Origin: Nitrosopumilus sp.
Lineage (GTDB): Archaea; Thermoproteota; Nitrososphaeria; Nitrososphaerales; Nitrosopumilaceae
Length of the DNA: 64,000 nucleotides
Direction of reading: 5' to 3'
Assembly: GCA_965218785.1 (NCBI GenBank)
Contig: OZ244650.1
Span: 480,001-544,000 of the forward strand
Each line of letters opens with the position of its first letter. Positions within the stretch are counted from its first letter, which is position 1. Under the pieces are notes generated by a model. It did no database searches. It was not told the origin of the DNA and worked only from the letters and a program-made list of their open reading frames with translations. Positions 11,114 through 21,555 of this stretch are shown piece after piece. A program made the position numbers and the translations under genes.

Positions 11114-11272
11114 TCAGAATTTATTCTGTTCTAGTTTTCCTTTGATTTCCAGTCCACTCTCATGTGTATGCATCTCTCGAAGAATGGTGAGTTCATTATT
11201 CTGTTCGTTTATGGTAGAATTTTGTTTGGTTATGGTGGACTTGAGTTCACGTATGATCTGATCCCTATCCAT
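11114..11272 (-). CDS. Small coiled-coil ORF (52 aa), possibly a gene fragment
   Basis: Hand translation MDRDQIIRELKSTITKQNSTINEQNNELTILREMHTHESGLEIKGKLEQNKF*. Confidence 0.35.
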   Translation of the reverse strand: MDRDQIIRELKSTITKQNSTINEQNNELTILREMHTHESGLEIKGKLEQNKF

Positions 11273-11703
11273 TTTTTTTATGACGATAACCTTTCTTTTA
11301 GATCAGTATTATCTGAAAAATTTGTCCGTGTGTTAGTTACTTTGGAGTTGGGTAAATTATGCATATACTCTAAGATTTGAACAGACACAGATTTTAGATT
11401 CAGATAAGAAGAACCGTATTTTATCACCAAATGGGCAGAACCATATCACTTGTAATTTTCAATATTTCTTGGTGTTTTAATTTTGGCTAAATTCATCCAA
11501 ATCATCAAAATCAACCTAATTACAGTACGTTCAAACCAACCGAGTTTTGACCAGAGTAACTAGGATTTCAATCTGGAGAAGATCACTATTTGGGATAAAA
11601 TTTTGCAAAAAGCCCTAACTTTACAGTGCAGTCAAAAAATCCATTAACTTACCAGTGCAAATTAACAATAGTTTTATTTAGTGTATATTATTACCTCCCC
11701 AGT

Positions 11704-11982
11704 ATGACGATGCAATGTAACCAACATCATGAATTCTCTTATCTTCACAAAAAATCTGGAAAAGACAACATCTTTGAGGTAATGCAAATTCCAGGAATAA
11801 TAATTGGAGGTAGTGATTTGGATGAAATGAAAAAGGATGTGATAGTTGCTACCAAGGATTACTTACATTCCAATGACGATATACATAATTTAGCACAAAA
11901 AAACCAATTAACATCTACACTTAGTACATCTGATATGGGTGTTATTGTTGGAATTGAAAAATTCTCTGTTGAATGCGATTAG
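11704..11982 (+). CDS. HicB-like antitoxin (N-terminal partial RNase H fold only)
   Basis: FSYLHKK..DNIFEVMQIPGIIIGGSDLDEMKKDVIVATKDYL matches the HicB pattern ..PG...G.T.EE......A...YL. Confidence 0.6.
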   Translation: MTMQCNQHHEFSYLHKKSGKDNIFEVMQIPGIIIGGSDLDEMKKDVIVATKDYLHSNDDIHNLAQKNQLTSTLSTSDMGVIVGIEKFSVECD

Positions 11983-11984
11983 CC

Positions 11985-12254
11985 ATGAGCTATTCACATG
12001 CATTTATTTGTCTCAGTCATCTGTTTTCTCAATCAGGTTTTGAAGAACGCGATCAAAATGAAACATATACTTATTTTACAAAAAATGAAATTCATCCAAT
12101 ACAGATTAACCGGTTGAAAATATCTTATTCTGATTTGGAATTATCTTCTTATGCTCTAAGAATAGGTCAAAATACAACAGAGTTTATTAGTAGATTTAAT
12201 ATTGTAATGGAAATGCTAAAAAATATGCCAGACCAAGACAAGGATCCCAAATAA
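11985..12254 (+). CDS. HicA-like toxin (dsRBD fold), divergent
   Basis: LSHLFSQSGFEERDQNETYTYFTK...IQI...SYALRIGQNTTEF parallels HicA; starts 2 nt after the hicB-like stop. Confidence 0.5.
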   Translation: MSYSHAFICLSHLFSQSGFEERDQNETYTYFTKNEIHPIQINRLKISYSDLELSSYALRIGQNTTEFISRFNIVMEMLKNMPDQDKDPK

Positions 12255-12499
12255 TTTACTTGCGTTCTGAATCAGTCTAATCCATTTATTATCCCTTAAT
12301 CATAATTCTACATTTCTCACTAGGAGTCATTTTGTCTAATGCAGAATATCCCATAATGTAATTATGAAACAATTGATAACCTGTTAGTGTTACAACATAT
12401 TTTTTCTACTTCTCTTATTATTTTCTCTTTGATCTCATCACTCAATCTTTCCATTTTGCTATTATTCACGTCTCCTTGCAAGTGAATGTGTCTGATGTG
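12255..12499 (-). pseudogene. C-terminal remnant of thaumarchaeal DDE (IS6-like) transposase, frameshifted
   Basis: Hand translation HIRHIHLQGDVNNSKMERL... / LTGYQLFHNYI...LDKMTPSEKC.I.IKG / DNKWIRLIQNASK across two frameshifts. Confidence 0.8.
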
Positions 12500-12504
12500 T
12501 AGTC

Positions 12505-15375
12505 CTATTCTGCCAAGATTGCAGGCTTGAATGGCCTTGCATGCCTTGCTTTTCCCTTTGGATCATATATGCCCTCATCTGACACTGAACAAACTGTTAT
12601 CTCCACTCCGAACTCCTTCCTGCCAATACTGGTCAACTCCCTTGAGAGGAATTCTTTTTCATCAAACCCTTTTGATGCCAGCTTTGCCTGCTTGATGACT
12701 TCTGATTCTGAATGCAAATCCTTGATTACCTTTTGTATATAGTCTGGCATCTTTTTGGCATCTGCAGTCGTTGTATCTGCAATGAGCTGTTTCATTACAA
12801 TTCCCATGTTGTTCTGACCGCCAACCATCATTTCCAGTATCCTGTAATATACCCTGGATTTAAATTCATCCGAATCTACATAGATTACAATCTTTTGCGG
12901 AGCGATCTTTGTAACTTTGAGAATATTTGAAATATCATCCATGGTTTTCCTGAGCAGTTCTTCTGATTGAATTGCTGCTGCATCAACATTTTCTTTTGAA
13001 TACTCTGGCCATGGTGATTTTGATACAGGTTCCAAATATCCCAATTTTTCCCACATCTCTTCAGCTATGTGTGGTGCAAACGGGGACAGCATTGCAACTC
13101 GCACGGAATTAATCAGATATAGTATTCCTGAAACGTCTTTTCTGCCTTTTGCCTCTACTCTTTTTGCATACCAGCCCAAGTCAGACTCGAATGTAAACAA
13201 GATATCCTGCAAGGCCTCACGAAGTCTCATCTTTTCAACTGCCTCTGTGACTTGTAATATCATATTCTGGGTTTTAGATAAAATCCATCTGTCTTCTGTC
13301 TCCAAGTCATTAATTTCTGTCGTCTCTGTCTTGGAGCATCCCTCAAGAAGGGATTTCAGCCTGCCTTGGATGCCAGAGACTGACTCCATGTTAAAGTCCG
13401 CATCCTGCAGCAGCTCGGCTGATGAAATTATCGCAAGCCTGATCGGGTCAGCTCCGTGGTCTTTGATTGCGGTTCTTAACGGGATAATATTCCCCATACT
13501 CTTTGACATTTTAGCTCCATTCATCATTACAGAACCGTTAACTACGATTTCCCGTGGCCAGAGCCTCTTCTCAAATATTGCAACATGATTTAACACGAAA
13601 AATGACAGGTGATTCTGAACCAGATCCCGTCCTGAATGTCTTGAATCAACCGGATAGAAATACTGAAATTCCTTTTTTATCATGTTGATTGTATCTTCGG
13701 CAAGCGTTGATGAGGCAGAGGCCAGTCCAATATCTCCCTTGTCCAAGAACACATAATCAAAGAACTCTTTTGTTAAATGCTGAGGTATCAGCGTTCCATC
13801 ATTTACAAATCTGGAGATGGTATAATATGCCATGTAGATGACACTATCTGACAGACTCTCTACAATCCAGTCTTTATCCCATGGCAGTCTTGTTCCTAGT
13901 CCCTGCTGCCTTGCACACGCCCTCTCATGCAGCCAATCAATCACATCTTTGAACTCGGTTTTGATTTTATTTGGCAAAATGACCATTTCATCAAAACAGA
14001 TTCTTGCCAATTCCTTCCATTGCTCATCCCCATAATTCAAAAACCATTGGTTATCTAGTATCTTGACGACACATTCAGTTCCACAGCGACACTGAATCGG
14101 GGCATTCTCAAGTACCGGGAATTTTTCTAGGTATCTGTCTTTTAGCAGCCAATCCCTTATCTTGTCTCGTCCAAATTCCACTTTGATGCCTGCAAAATCC
14201 CCACATCTTTCATTTAGCCTGCCGCCTGTAAACTCTTTGAGGTACAGATCATTTGTGGCCTCTTCTAATTTTTGATCAGACTGATCAGATACCCCCAGTC
14301 TTTCACAGACATCCCTTGCGGGAATCTGGCCATATCCCTCAGTAGTAATAATTGGAACAGGTTCAATCTGAGAGGCAGTTTCATGGTTTTTTGCCTTCAA
14401 ATCCGCCAGTGCCTGATAATCCTTTGGCGCATGAGCCGGAACTGACATTACCAGACCCGTTCCCATTCCAGGCTCTACAAACTCTGCCTCTAGTATTGGA
14501 ATCTCCTGGCCGTTATGTGGTGCCACAGCAGATCTTCCAATCAGTTCCTTTCCTGCAATATCGCCTTTAACTGAAATCTCTTTTCCAAAGAATTCTATCT
14601 TCTTTGCACATTCTTCTGAAACTATCCATTCTTCATCGTCGGCCTTGATTTTTTTGTATACTGTATTTGGATTAACCCACAGATTGGTTATGCCAAAAAT
14701 CGTTTCAGGTCTTAATGTTGTAATGGGAAACACGTAATCCCCAAGCTTGAACTTTATCAGATAATTTTTATCATCAATCTTTGGTTCGACATCCCCCATT
14801 GTATCGTGCTGTGATACCGGGTTTTGATCACGAGGACACCATCCAACCGGATGTGAACCTTGGATGATTCTGCCGCTTTCTTTTAGAGTTGTAATCTGCC
14901 ATTCGATAAACCTTTGATAACCTGGAACTATCGTAGTAAATTCCCTGCGCCAATCAATGGAATACCCCATCTCAATCATTCCTAATTTTATCTCCGCATG
15001 GAAATAATCGGCAATCTTTATCGGCTCTACAAACGTCTTGATTATATCTTCTGGAACATGATAAATATCCCTTAATGCGTCTAGGATCTCCTTGTCTTCT
15101 GATTGAATTCTCTTTGCCATTCCCAATACCGGCGTTCCGGTGTAATGGAATCCCATTGGAAACAACACGTTGTACCCCTTCATCCTGTAAAATCTTGCAT
15201 GGACATCAGCTAGAGTGTATGTTCTACCGTGTCCGATGTGCTGTGGTGAGTTTGGATACGGATATGCAACAGTAATGAATTTTTTTGGCCGGTCATTTGG
15301 GTTTGTCTCAAAATCCTTGTCATCTCTCCATCTTTTTCTCCACTTTGATTCGATCTCATTCCAATTAATTTTCAT
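12505..15375 (-). CDS. leuS: Leucine--tRNA ligase
   Basis: HIGH, TLRPET, KMSKS, archaeal-type C terminus. Confidence 0.97.
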   Translation of the reverse strand: MKINWNEIESKWRKRWRDDKDFETNPNDRPKKFITVAYPYPNSPQHIGHGRTYTLADVHARFYRMKGYNVLFPMGFHYTGTPVLGMAKRIQSEDKEILDALRDIYHVPEDIIKTFVEPIKIADYFHAEIKLGMIEMGYSIDWRREFTTIVPGYQRFIEWQITTLKESGRIIQGSHPVGWCPRDQNPVSQHDTMGDVEPKIDDKNYLIKFKLGDYVFPITTLRPETIFGITNLWVNPNTVYKKIKADDEEWIVSEECAKKIEFFGKEISVKGDIAGKELIGRSAVAPHNGQEIPILEAEFVEPGMGTGLVMSVPAHAPKDYQALADLKAKNHETASQIEPVPIITTEGYGQIPARDVCERLGVSDQSDQKLEEATNDLYLKEFTGGRLNERCGDFAGIKVEFGRDKIRDWLLKDRYLEKFPVLENAPIQCRCGTECVVKILDNQWFLNYGDEQWKELARICFDEMVILPNKIKTEFKDVIDWLHERACARQQGLGTRLPWDKDWIVESLSDSVIYMAYYTISRFVNDGTLIPQHLTKEFFDYVFLDKGDIGLASASSTLAEDTINMIKKEFQYFYPVDSRHSGRDLVQNHLSFFVLNHVAIFEKRLWPREIVVNGSVMMNGAKMSKSMGNIIPLRTAIKDHGADPIRLAIISSAELLQDADFNMESVSGIQGRLKSLLEGCSKTETTEINDLETEDRWILSKTQNMILQVTEAVEKMRLREALQDILFTFESDLGWYAKRVEAKGRKDVSGILYLINSVRVAMLSPFAPHIAEEMWEKLGYLEPVSKSPWPEYSKENVDAAAIQSEELLRKTMDDISNILKVTKIAPQKIVIYVDSDEFKSRVYYRILEMMVGGQNNMGIVMKQLIADTTTADAKKMPDYIQKVIKDLHSESEVIKQAKLASKGFDEKEFLSRELTSIGRKEFGVEITVCSVSDEGIYDPKGKARHARPFKPAILAE

Positions 15376-15382
15376 AAACCCT

Positions 15383-18052
15383 CTATCCTAAAATCATTGA
15401 TTTTGCCTTGAGTACTGCCTTGTCTTTTTTAGATGTATCTTTTCCTCCTCCCTGGGCGAATTTATCATCCCCTCCGCCAGAACCGCCTAGTATTGCGGAG
15501 ATCTCCCTGGCAATCAAGCCTGCATTTACGCCTGACTGTCCTCCTGAATACACCATTATCCTAGTCGTAGGACCTGCGTCATATATTCCACAAAATGCCG
15601 CTTTTGCATCCCTGTTTACCAGTTTTTTGCCAAAGTTTAGGTGAAAATATTCATCATAATTCTGACTAGCGGTAAAACACAGCTTGTCCTTGATGATAAT
15701 CCCGTCTAATTCACCGGATTCCCCGGCTAAAATTTTCTCTAACAATATGGGGATCCGCTCCTTTGTGATTCGCTTATTTTCCTCTCTTTGTTTTTCTAAT
15801 GCCTGTCTTGCAATATTTTCTTGTTCTTGCCTCTTTGAATCTTCTTCTTGCTGTTTTACATATTGAAAAGCTGTAGGCCCTGAGACGAATTCTATGCGAA
15901 CTACACCGTCCTGAATTCTCTTGCTTTTTGTAATTTTAATCAGTTCAATATCCCCTGTTTTCTTTACATGCGTTCCACCGCATGCTTCAACGTCCTTATC
16001 TTCAATTGATACAATTCTAACTGACTTTACTGGAACCACTCCCCCCTGGTAAATTCTAAATCCGTATTTTTGCTCTGCTGCCCCCCTATCATAATAGTCA
16101 ACAGTCACCGGATGATTCTCTTTTATCATTTGATTAGCTGCATCCTCTATCTGCTGAACTTGCTTGCCAGTTAATGATGAATGATGTGTAATGTCCAGTC
16201 TTGCGTGATCTTCATCTTTGAATGCAGAGTGCTGCCAAATCCATGATCCCAGCACTCCTCGAGACGATGCATTGATGATGTGGGTACTTGTGTGGTTTTT
16301 AGTAATGTTGGCACGACGTGTTTGATCAACTTTACATGATACGGTATCCCCCTCTTTTGGAACCCCCTTTTCCAACTTGTGAACGATAATGTTTGCGTGT
16401 TTATCTACATTAATCACTTTGAAACCTGCAATACTGCCAAGATCCGGCTCTTGTCCTCCACCTCTGGCATAAAATGAGGTTCTGTCTAGTACTACTTGAT
16501 CATCAAAGACCTTGATTACTTTGGCCTCAAACTCCATTGGATCATCTTTGTAAAATAAAGCCACAGTTTCTGGCAGCTCTTCTAGTGGAAGATCTGCAAT
16601 TGCCTTTTTCTTTTCAGACTGGTGCAAATCAGTGAGTCTTGAGTAAAATGATGATGGGATCTCCGAAATTGCATCAACTTCCTTGAGATATTCAGGTGTA
16701 ATTCCATCTGATTCGTATAATGTGATGAGTTCATCCACATTTGGCATGCCTCTCTCACGAATCTTTTCTGCCTTTTTTCTCATGTGGACTTTGGAATCCT
16801 CATATCTTGCAGATTCCAGCCTGAGGATTTTTTTGACATCTTCTCTTTTTTCATCTAGTTCCGGATAGGTATCTTTGAGATAATCCACGTGCGCATCAAT
16901 TAAATCATCCATGTCCAGATTCAGACCTAGTCTGCTAACTGTCGCATTGATTCGCCTGAGCATCATTCTGAGATTATATCCCCCACCAACATTACTTGGT
17001 AGGGCACCATCGGTAATTGCAAAAATCAACGTCCTCAAATGATCTGCAATTAGATACAATCCCTCAAGCGGCGTAATAATCCTGTCTAGTTGATCATCTG
17101 AAATTCCAGCATTCTTTACTGCAAGACGTCTTACATCATTTAGATCATCATAATGATCAATCTCCTTTGCAATTTCCGTAAAATATTTTCTCAAGATTTC
17201 AGAATCTGAATCAATTCCTGCCTTTTCAAATAATTTTTGATTGATTGGACCAAAACAACAGTCGTATGCGGTGGGGGTTCCCATGGTAATCCATGCAAAT
17301 CGCTCGAGTCCCGCACCCATGTCTATTACCCGCTGATCAAGTGTGGTATGTTTTCCCAACTCCCCCTGAAATTCAGTAAATACCGCATTTCCTAATTCCA
17401 GCCCCCTGACAAAATATTCCAATGACGGACCAAACGAACCGCCACCTGCCCAAACATCCTCTACAAAGACTACCTCCTCTTTTTTAATTCCAAACTGATT
17501 TGTCAATAGTCTAAAATCCAAGTCAACGCATTCATCCTTCCAGTATCCCCCCAAATCCGGAACACTGTGTTGTCCAATCATGCAAAAACTTGAAAAATGC
17601 CTCCCTGTTACTCCGACATTTTCCAAATCTTTGAAACGCAAACAAGTTTGCGGAACTATTAACGGATTGGCAGGAAATTCAAAAACGACTTTGGAGCCCA
17701 TCACTCTTTGAAAATCAACAATTGATGCAATTGTAAAAAACAGATCATCTCGCCATCTACAAACTACGGGATATCTGCTAATTGAGGTGTGATTATTTTT
17801 TACAAAAAACTCCTCGACTTGTTTCCAGGACTGTGTATAGTCAAATCTTTTACTCGTTGGAGGATCTCCAATGAATGAGTATGTATTAGTTCCATCATCC
17901 GGACACAAATTTCCATCTGCGTTTAAAGTCCAAAAGAATCTGCCACACTTGAGGCATGCTTTTCTGACAAATCCCTGCTCCTGGAACAGTCTGACATTAT
18001 AGTATTTTTCAGGATCTGCTGAAAATTCTTTTAGAATCTCTCTTTTATCCAA
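15383..18052 (-). CDS. alaS: Alanine--tRNA ligase
   Basis: IDMGAGLER, HTSTH and CGGTHV editing motifs, GGSGGG C-Ala domain. Confidence 0.97.
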   Translation of the reverse strand: MDKREILKEFSADPEKYYNVRLFQEQGFVRKACLKCGRFFWTLNADGNLCPDDGTNTYSFIGDPPTSKRFDYTQSWKQVEEFFVKNNHTSISRYPVVCRWRDDLFFTIASIVDFQRVMGSKVVFEFPANPLIVPQTCLRFKDLENVGVTGRHFSSFCMIGQHSVPDLGGYWKDECVDLDFRLLTNQFGIKKEEVVFVEDVWAGGGSFGPSLEYFVRGLELGNAVFTEFQGELGKHTTLDQRVIDMGAGLERFAWITMGTPTAYDCCFGPINQKLFEKAGIDSDSEILRKYFTEIAKEIDHYDDLNDVRRLAVKNAGISDDQLDRIITPLEGLYLIADHLRTLIFAITDGALPSNVGGGYNLRMMLRRINATVSRLGLNLDMDDLIDAHVDYLKDTYPELDEKREDVKKILRLESARYEDSKVHMRKKAEKIRERGMPNVDELITLYESDGITPEYLKEVDAISEIPSSFYSRLTDLHQSEKKKAIADLPLEELPETVALFYKDDPMEFEAKVIKVFDDQVVLDRTSFYARGGGQEPDLGSIAGFKVINVDKHANIIVHKLEKGVPKEGDTVSCKVDQTRRANITKNHTSTHIINASSRGVLGSWIWQHSAFKDEDHARLDITHHSSLTGKQVQQIEDAANQMIKENHPVTVDYYDRGAAEQKYGFRIYQGGVVPVKSVRIVSIEDKDVEACGGTHVKKTGDIELIKITKSKRIQDGVVRIEFVSGPTAFQYVKQQEEDSKRQEQENIARQALEKQREENKRITKERIPILLEKILAGESGELDGIIIKDKLCFTASQNYDEYFHLNFGKKLVNRDAKAAFCGIYDAGPTTRIMVYSGGQSGVNAGLIAREISAILGGSGGGDDKFAQGGGKDTSKKDKAVLKAKSMILG

Positions 18053-18130
18053 CGTTGAGCCTGCTCTAATCCGATATTAAGAATTGTCGATTAATAATAC
18101 ATTAAATACACTGCCTGATGGAATCTACTC

Positions 18131-18640
18131 ATGTTTGGGAAAAAGCCTGTTTTAAAAGAAGGAACCACGGTTTTCTCAATTAAAAAAAACGGCGAATTCA
18201 ATGACTTTATTTTTGCCGTGGTTACCGGTATTGATGGCAAAAAAATAGGCGTCAATGGAGTAATTGTAAATCCAATCGGTCTGAAAAACAAGATTACTCA
18301 AGGAAAGACCGGTGAGCGATCCCGGGAAATTCTTGAACATCCAACCCCTGACAATGTGGTGCTGGCTCTAGTGTATAGAGTAGAACATGAAAATTATACT
18401 GATGTGCTGGATCTTGATGTTGATAAATGTGATATTCTTCCTCCGAGAATCTATACCATGCTAGATGGCTGGATTCGTGAATCATTACCTGAATTCATTA
18501 ATACTGTTTTATCATTGCCGGCGGGTTCTGAGAGAGATGAGGCAAAACGAGTTTTAAGACATAGAATGGATACTTTGACAGACAAGACCCTAAAGCGAAC
18601 CCTGTACTCTGTTTGCAGAAGTCTAAAAATCCTGAACTGA
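18131..18640 (+). CDS. Conserved hypothetical protein
   Basis: 169-aa ORF with host-like composition, divergent from alaS. Confidence 0.7.
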   Translation: MFGKKPVLKEGTTVFSIKKNGEFNDFIFAVVTGIDGKKIGVNGVIVNPIGLKNKITQGKTGERSREILEHPTPDNVVLALVYRVEHENYTDVLDLDVDKCDILPPRIYTMLDGWIRESLPEFINTVLSLPAGSERDEAKRVLRHRMDTLTDKTLKRTLYSVCRSLKILN

Positions 18641-18849
18641 ATTTTCTATTTCTGGGATAATCTGTCTTCAACGCCTGATCTTTTCTAGATATGTCCAAGG
18701 TGATCTAAAACATGTTCTTCTCCGAATTCAAAAAACTGTCGGTTCTGCTGCAAAACAATGATCTTGTCACCTATCTGAAAGATGATGCAGATAACTTTAC
18801 AATGCCTAACGTTACATTAATTTATGATATCATATCAGATGATCCTAAT

Positions 18850-19167
18850 ATGAAAAAATACAACACAGTACCACTCTTAATGACAATCCTATTGATTTCT
18901 GGAGCAACAATGGCATTTGCGCAGCCAACATACACACAAGAAGATTTTCGAGGTGTGGATTCTGCAGGTATATCTTTTGGATCATTATCAGGAGGAGGAA
19001 CCATCTGTGATGATGCTGATACTGAATGTATGGAAAATGCACCGGCTATCGTCATAGACTATCCATCTTCGATAGTATTACTTCCGTATAATCTACCAAG
19101 TATATTGCTTATTGTTGCCACAATTATTGCTGTAATTGCTGTCATTTATTATTTGAAGAAACGTTGA
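18850..19167 (+). CDS. Small secreted, C-terminally membrane-anchored protein
   Basis: Signal peptide MKKYN...AMAFA; C-terminal TM helix ending YYLKKR. Confidence 0.6.
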   Translation: MKKYNTVPLLMTILLISGATMAFAQPTYTQEDFRGVDSAGISFGSLSGGGTICDDADTECMENAPAIVIDYPSSIVLLPYNLPSILLIVATIIAVIAVIYYLKKR

Positions 19168-19662
19168 ATAAATCAGTATTTTTTTATTTTGAGATATGAA
19201 GAAAATTTTATTATTTTGTGTTACCACTAGATGGATATTTTATTTATTTTCTAGATAATACCTTCAATTATCTGATCCAGAAACTAGAAATCAGTAGTTA
19301 TCCCGTATCAACTAATATGTCCGTATTGGCAAACATACTTTTATTTTTGTATATGGGAAAGAATTACAACAATATTATTGGTTTATGTTTCCTTCTAGTC
19401 ATAATATCCGATCTGATTCAGTGGGCGCCAATCGCATATTATCAATAAAATACCCTTCAAACCCAACCGGTATTGCCAAATCCGACTCTTCAAATATGGT
19501 GATCTTCTCTAGAACCCACTGTTGGAGACACACCTAGGTAATAGATCCAATTCCAATTTTAGATGTTTATAATACAACTTTCTGGGAAGGGCAAGTCGGC
19601 CCAGCATCTCGGATTTCTGGATGATATAGTTTTATATTATGCCCTAAGAAAATCTCGATACA

Positions 19663-19974
19663 ATGGAATATGTTTACGCTGCATTACTTCTTCACAAACT
19701 AGACAAAGAAGTCAACGAGGCAAACCTCACATCAGTTGTTAAAGCATCTGGTGCCGAGGTTAACGAGGCCCAAGTCAAGTCACTAGTTGCAGCACTGGCC
19801 GATGTTAACATCGATGAGGCAGTCAAAGCCGCACCTGTGGCAGTAGCAGCGGCAGCAGCCGCACCGGCAGCAGATGCACCAGCAGGTGGCGAAGCAAAGA
19901 AAAAGGAAAAACCCGCCGAAGCAGGCAAGACTGAAGAGGCAGCCATGGAAGGACTGTCTTCTCTATTTGGCTAG
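19663..19974 (+). CDS. rpl12: 50S ribosomal protein L12 (P1 stalk)
   Basis: [11 protein letters not shown], Ala-rich hinge, GLSSLFG. Confidence 0.97.
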   Translation: MEYVYAALLLHKLDKEVNEANLTSVVKASGAEVNEAQVKSLVAALADVNIDEAVKAAPVAVAAAAAAPAADAPAGGEAKKKEKPAEAGKTEEAAMEGLSSLFG

Positions 19975-20051
19975 AAAACATCCTTTTTTCGATTTATTTT
20001 TGATCTTTATTTTCATTAATCTTAATTAGCACGGTATTGTGTTTGTATTGA

Positions 20052-20684
20052 TTGGTTGATTTCTCGTTTCCAATAGATGGTTTCATTAGCATTCTTGACT
20101 ATTTGGGAACTATTTCTTTTGCAGTAACTGGGGCATCAAAAGCAATTTCACACAAGGCCGATATCTTTGGAATTGCAGTCTTGGCAACCGTGGTTGGTGT
20201 GGCAGGCGGAATCACAAGGGATGTTATTTTTGGCAGATTTCCTACGGCTTTTTCTGATCCTATCTATGTCTGTCTTACCGTCACTGTGGGCATTATGATG
20301 TTCTTTCTCTTTGTAAAACTAAAAAAACAAACTAATACCTGGTTGGTTTTTGACGCAGTTGGATTGGGCGTTTTCTCAATTATTGGGGCATCCATTGCCT
20401 ATCAGATAGTCGGGTTAAATTTTCTTCCAATGCTGTTTGGAGGAATGATTACTGCAATAGGCGGTGGAATTCTCAGAGATGTCTTTGTACGGGAAATCCC
20501 ACTAGTATTTGTCAAAGAAGTGTATGCAGTTGCAAGCATAATTGGAATTGTGATTTTCTACATCATCCTGTCCTCCGGCGTAGATATCCAAATTGCATCA
20601 ATTGTTGGAATTCTCTGTGCTACCGGAATTAGATTACTTGCAATGAGGTATAACTGGAATCTTCCTAAAGCAAAAGGCACTTGA
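20052..20684 (+). CDS. TRIC-family (UPF0126) membrane channel
   Basis: Duplicated GGGxxRD motifs, DAVGLG, multiple TM helices. Confidence 0.9.
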   Translation: MVDFSFPIDGFISILDYLGTISFAVTGASKAISHKADIFGIAVLATVVGVAGGITRDVIFGRFPTAFSDPIYVCLTVTVGIMMFFLFVKLKKQTNTWLVFDAVGLGVFSIIGASIAYQIVGLNFLPMLFGGMITAIGGGILRDVFVREIPLVFVKEVYAVASIIGIVIFYIILSSGVDIQIASIVGILCATGIRLLAMRYNWNLPKAKGT

Positions 20685-20688
20685 TTAA

Positions 20689-21555
20689 TTAAGCAGGCGT
20701 GTAATCTTTTGCCTGTCTGGCAACAGATCTTGCTTGGGAATCTGCCTTTTGTAAAATCTGTTCTTTTGTCTCATCTGTCATAAATCCTGATTCAACTGAT
20801 ACAGAACGTGCAGACTGCGCCGCTTTGCCGAGTATTTGTGAAATGTTCTCTGCTGTGACATATGCTGCTTCAACAGACAGAGTAACTGCCTCTTGATGTG
20901 CCTGTGCAAATTCATTTCTGATCTTCTCAACATCTATTATCATGTCCTCCTCTGCATACTTTAGTCCGTCTTCTAGTGCAGTATAAAGTGAAATTCCCGC
21001 CTCTACAGGTTTGATGTCCAGCTTGCCTAGAATCGATGCCAGTTTTTCATTGATTGCCTCGCCCTTTAGTACTGGAGTGCTGTCCTTTGCAATCCAGATT
21101 GTTCCCTGATCAATTTTAGTTGGAATTCCGGCTTCTTTGAATTCGGTAAGCATTGGTCCGGGTGCAATTCCTGTGTTTTTTGCAGGTATTACAATATCCA
21201 TACTTGCAATGTCCCCTCCCCTGGCAATCATCATTATCTTATTTTTGGCCAGAAGAACGTTTAGCCTGAATGGCGACATGTTTGTAAACATGAACATGCA
21301 TTGTCCTTTAAGCTCTCCAATCATATCTTTAATTCCCGGCACATCAACTGTGTCTAGTGCCTTTTGAGCCACTTTATCCTTGATGCTCACAAATTCGACA
21401 TCATCCTTGAGGGTCTTTCTTAATGGTAGTATCTGCGCAGAACGCACTTTGTTCATTTTAATTATTGCCAGAACCTTGTATTTTTTTGGCAGTTCCTGTA
21501 ATTGCTGATACATCTGTGTTTTTCTTTTAGGATACGACGTCCTGTTTTCATGCAT
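20689..21555 (-). CDS. rpl10: 50S ribosomal protein L10 (P0)
   Basis: ARGGDIA, NTGIAPGP, LGKLDIKP. Confidence 0.95.
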   Translation of the reverse strand: MHENRTSYPKRKTQMYQQLQELPKKYKVLAIIKMNKVRSAQILPLRKTLKDDVEFVSIKDKVAQKALDTVDVPGIKDMIGELKGQCMFMFTNMSPFRLNVLLAKNKIMMIARGGDIASMDIVIPAKNTGIAPGPMLTEFKEAGIPTKIDQGTIWIAKDSTPVLKGEAINEKLASILGKLDIKPVEAGISLYTALEDGLKYAEEDMIIDVEKIRNEFAQAHQEAVTLSVEAAYVTAENISQILGKAAQSARSVSVESGFMTDETKEQILQKADSQARSVARQAKDYTPA

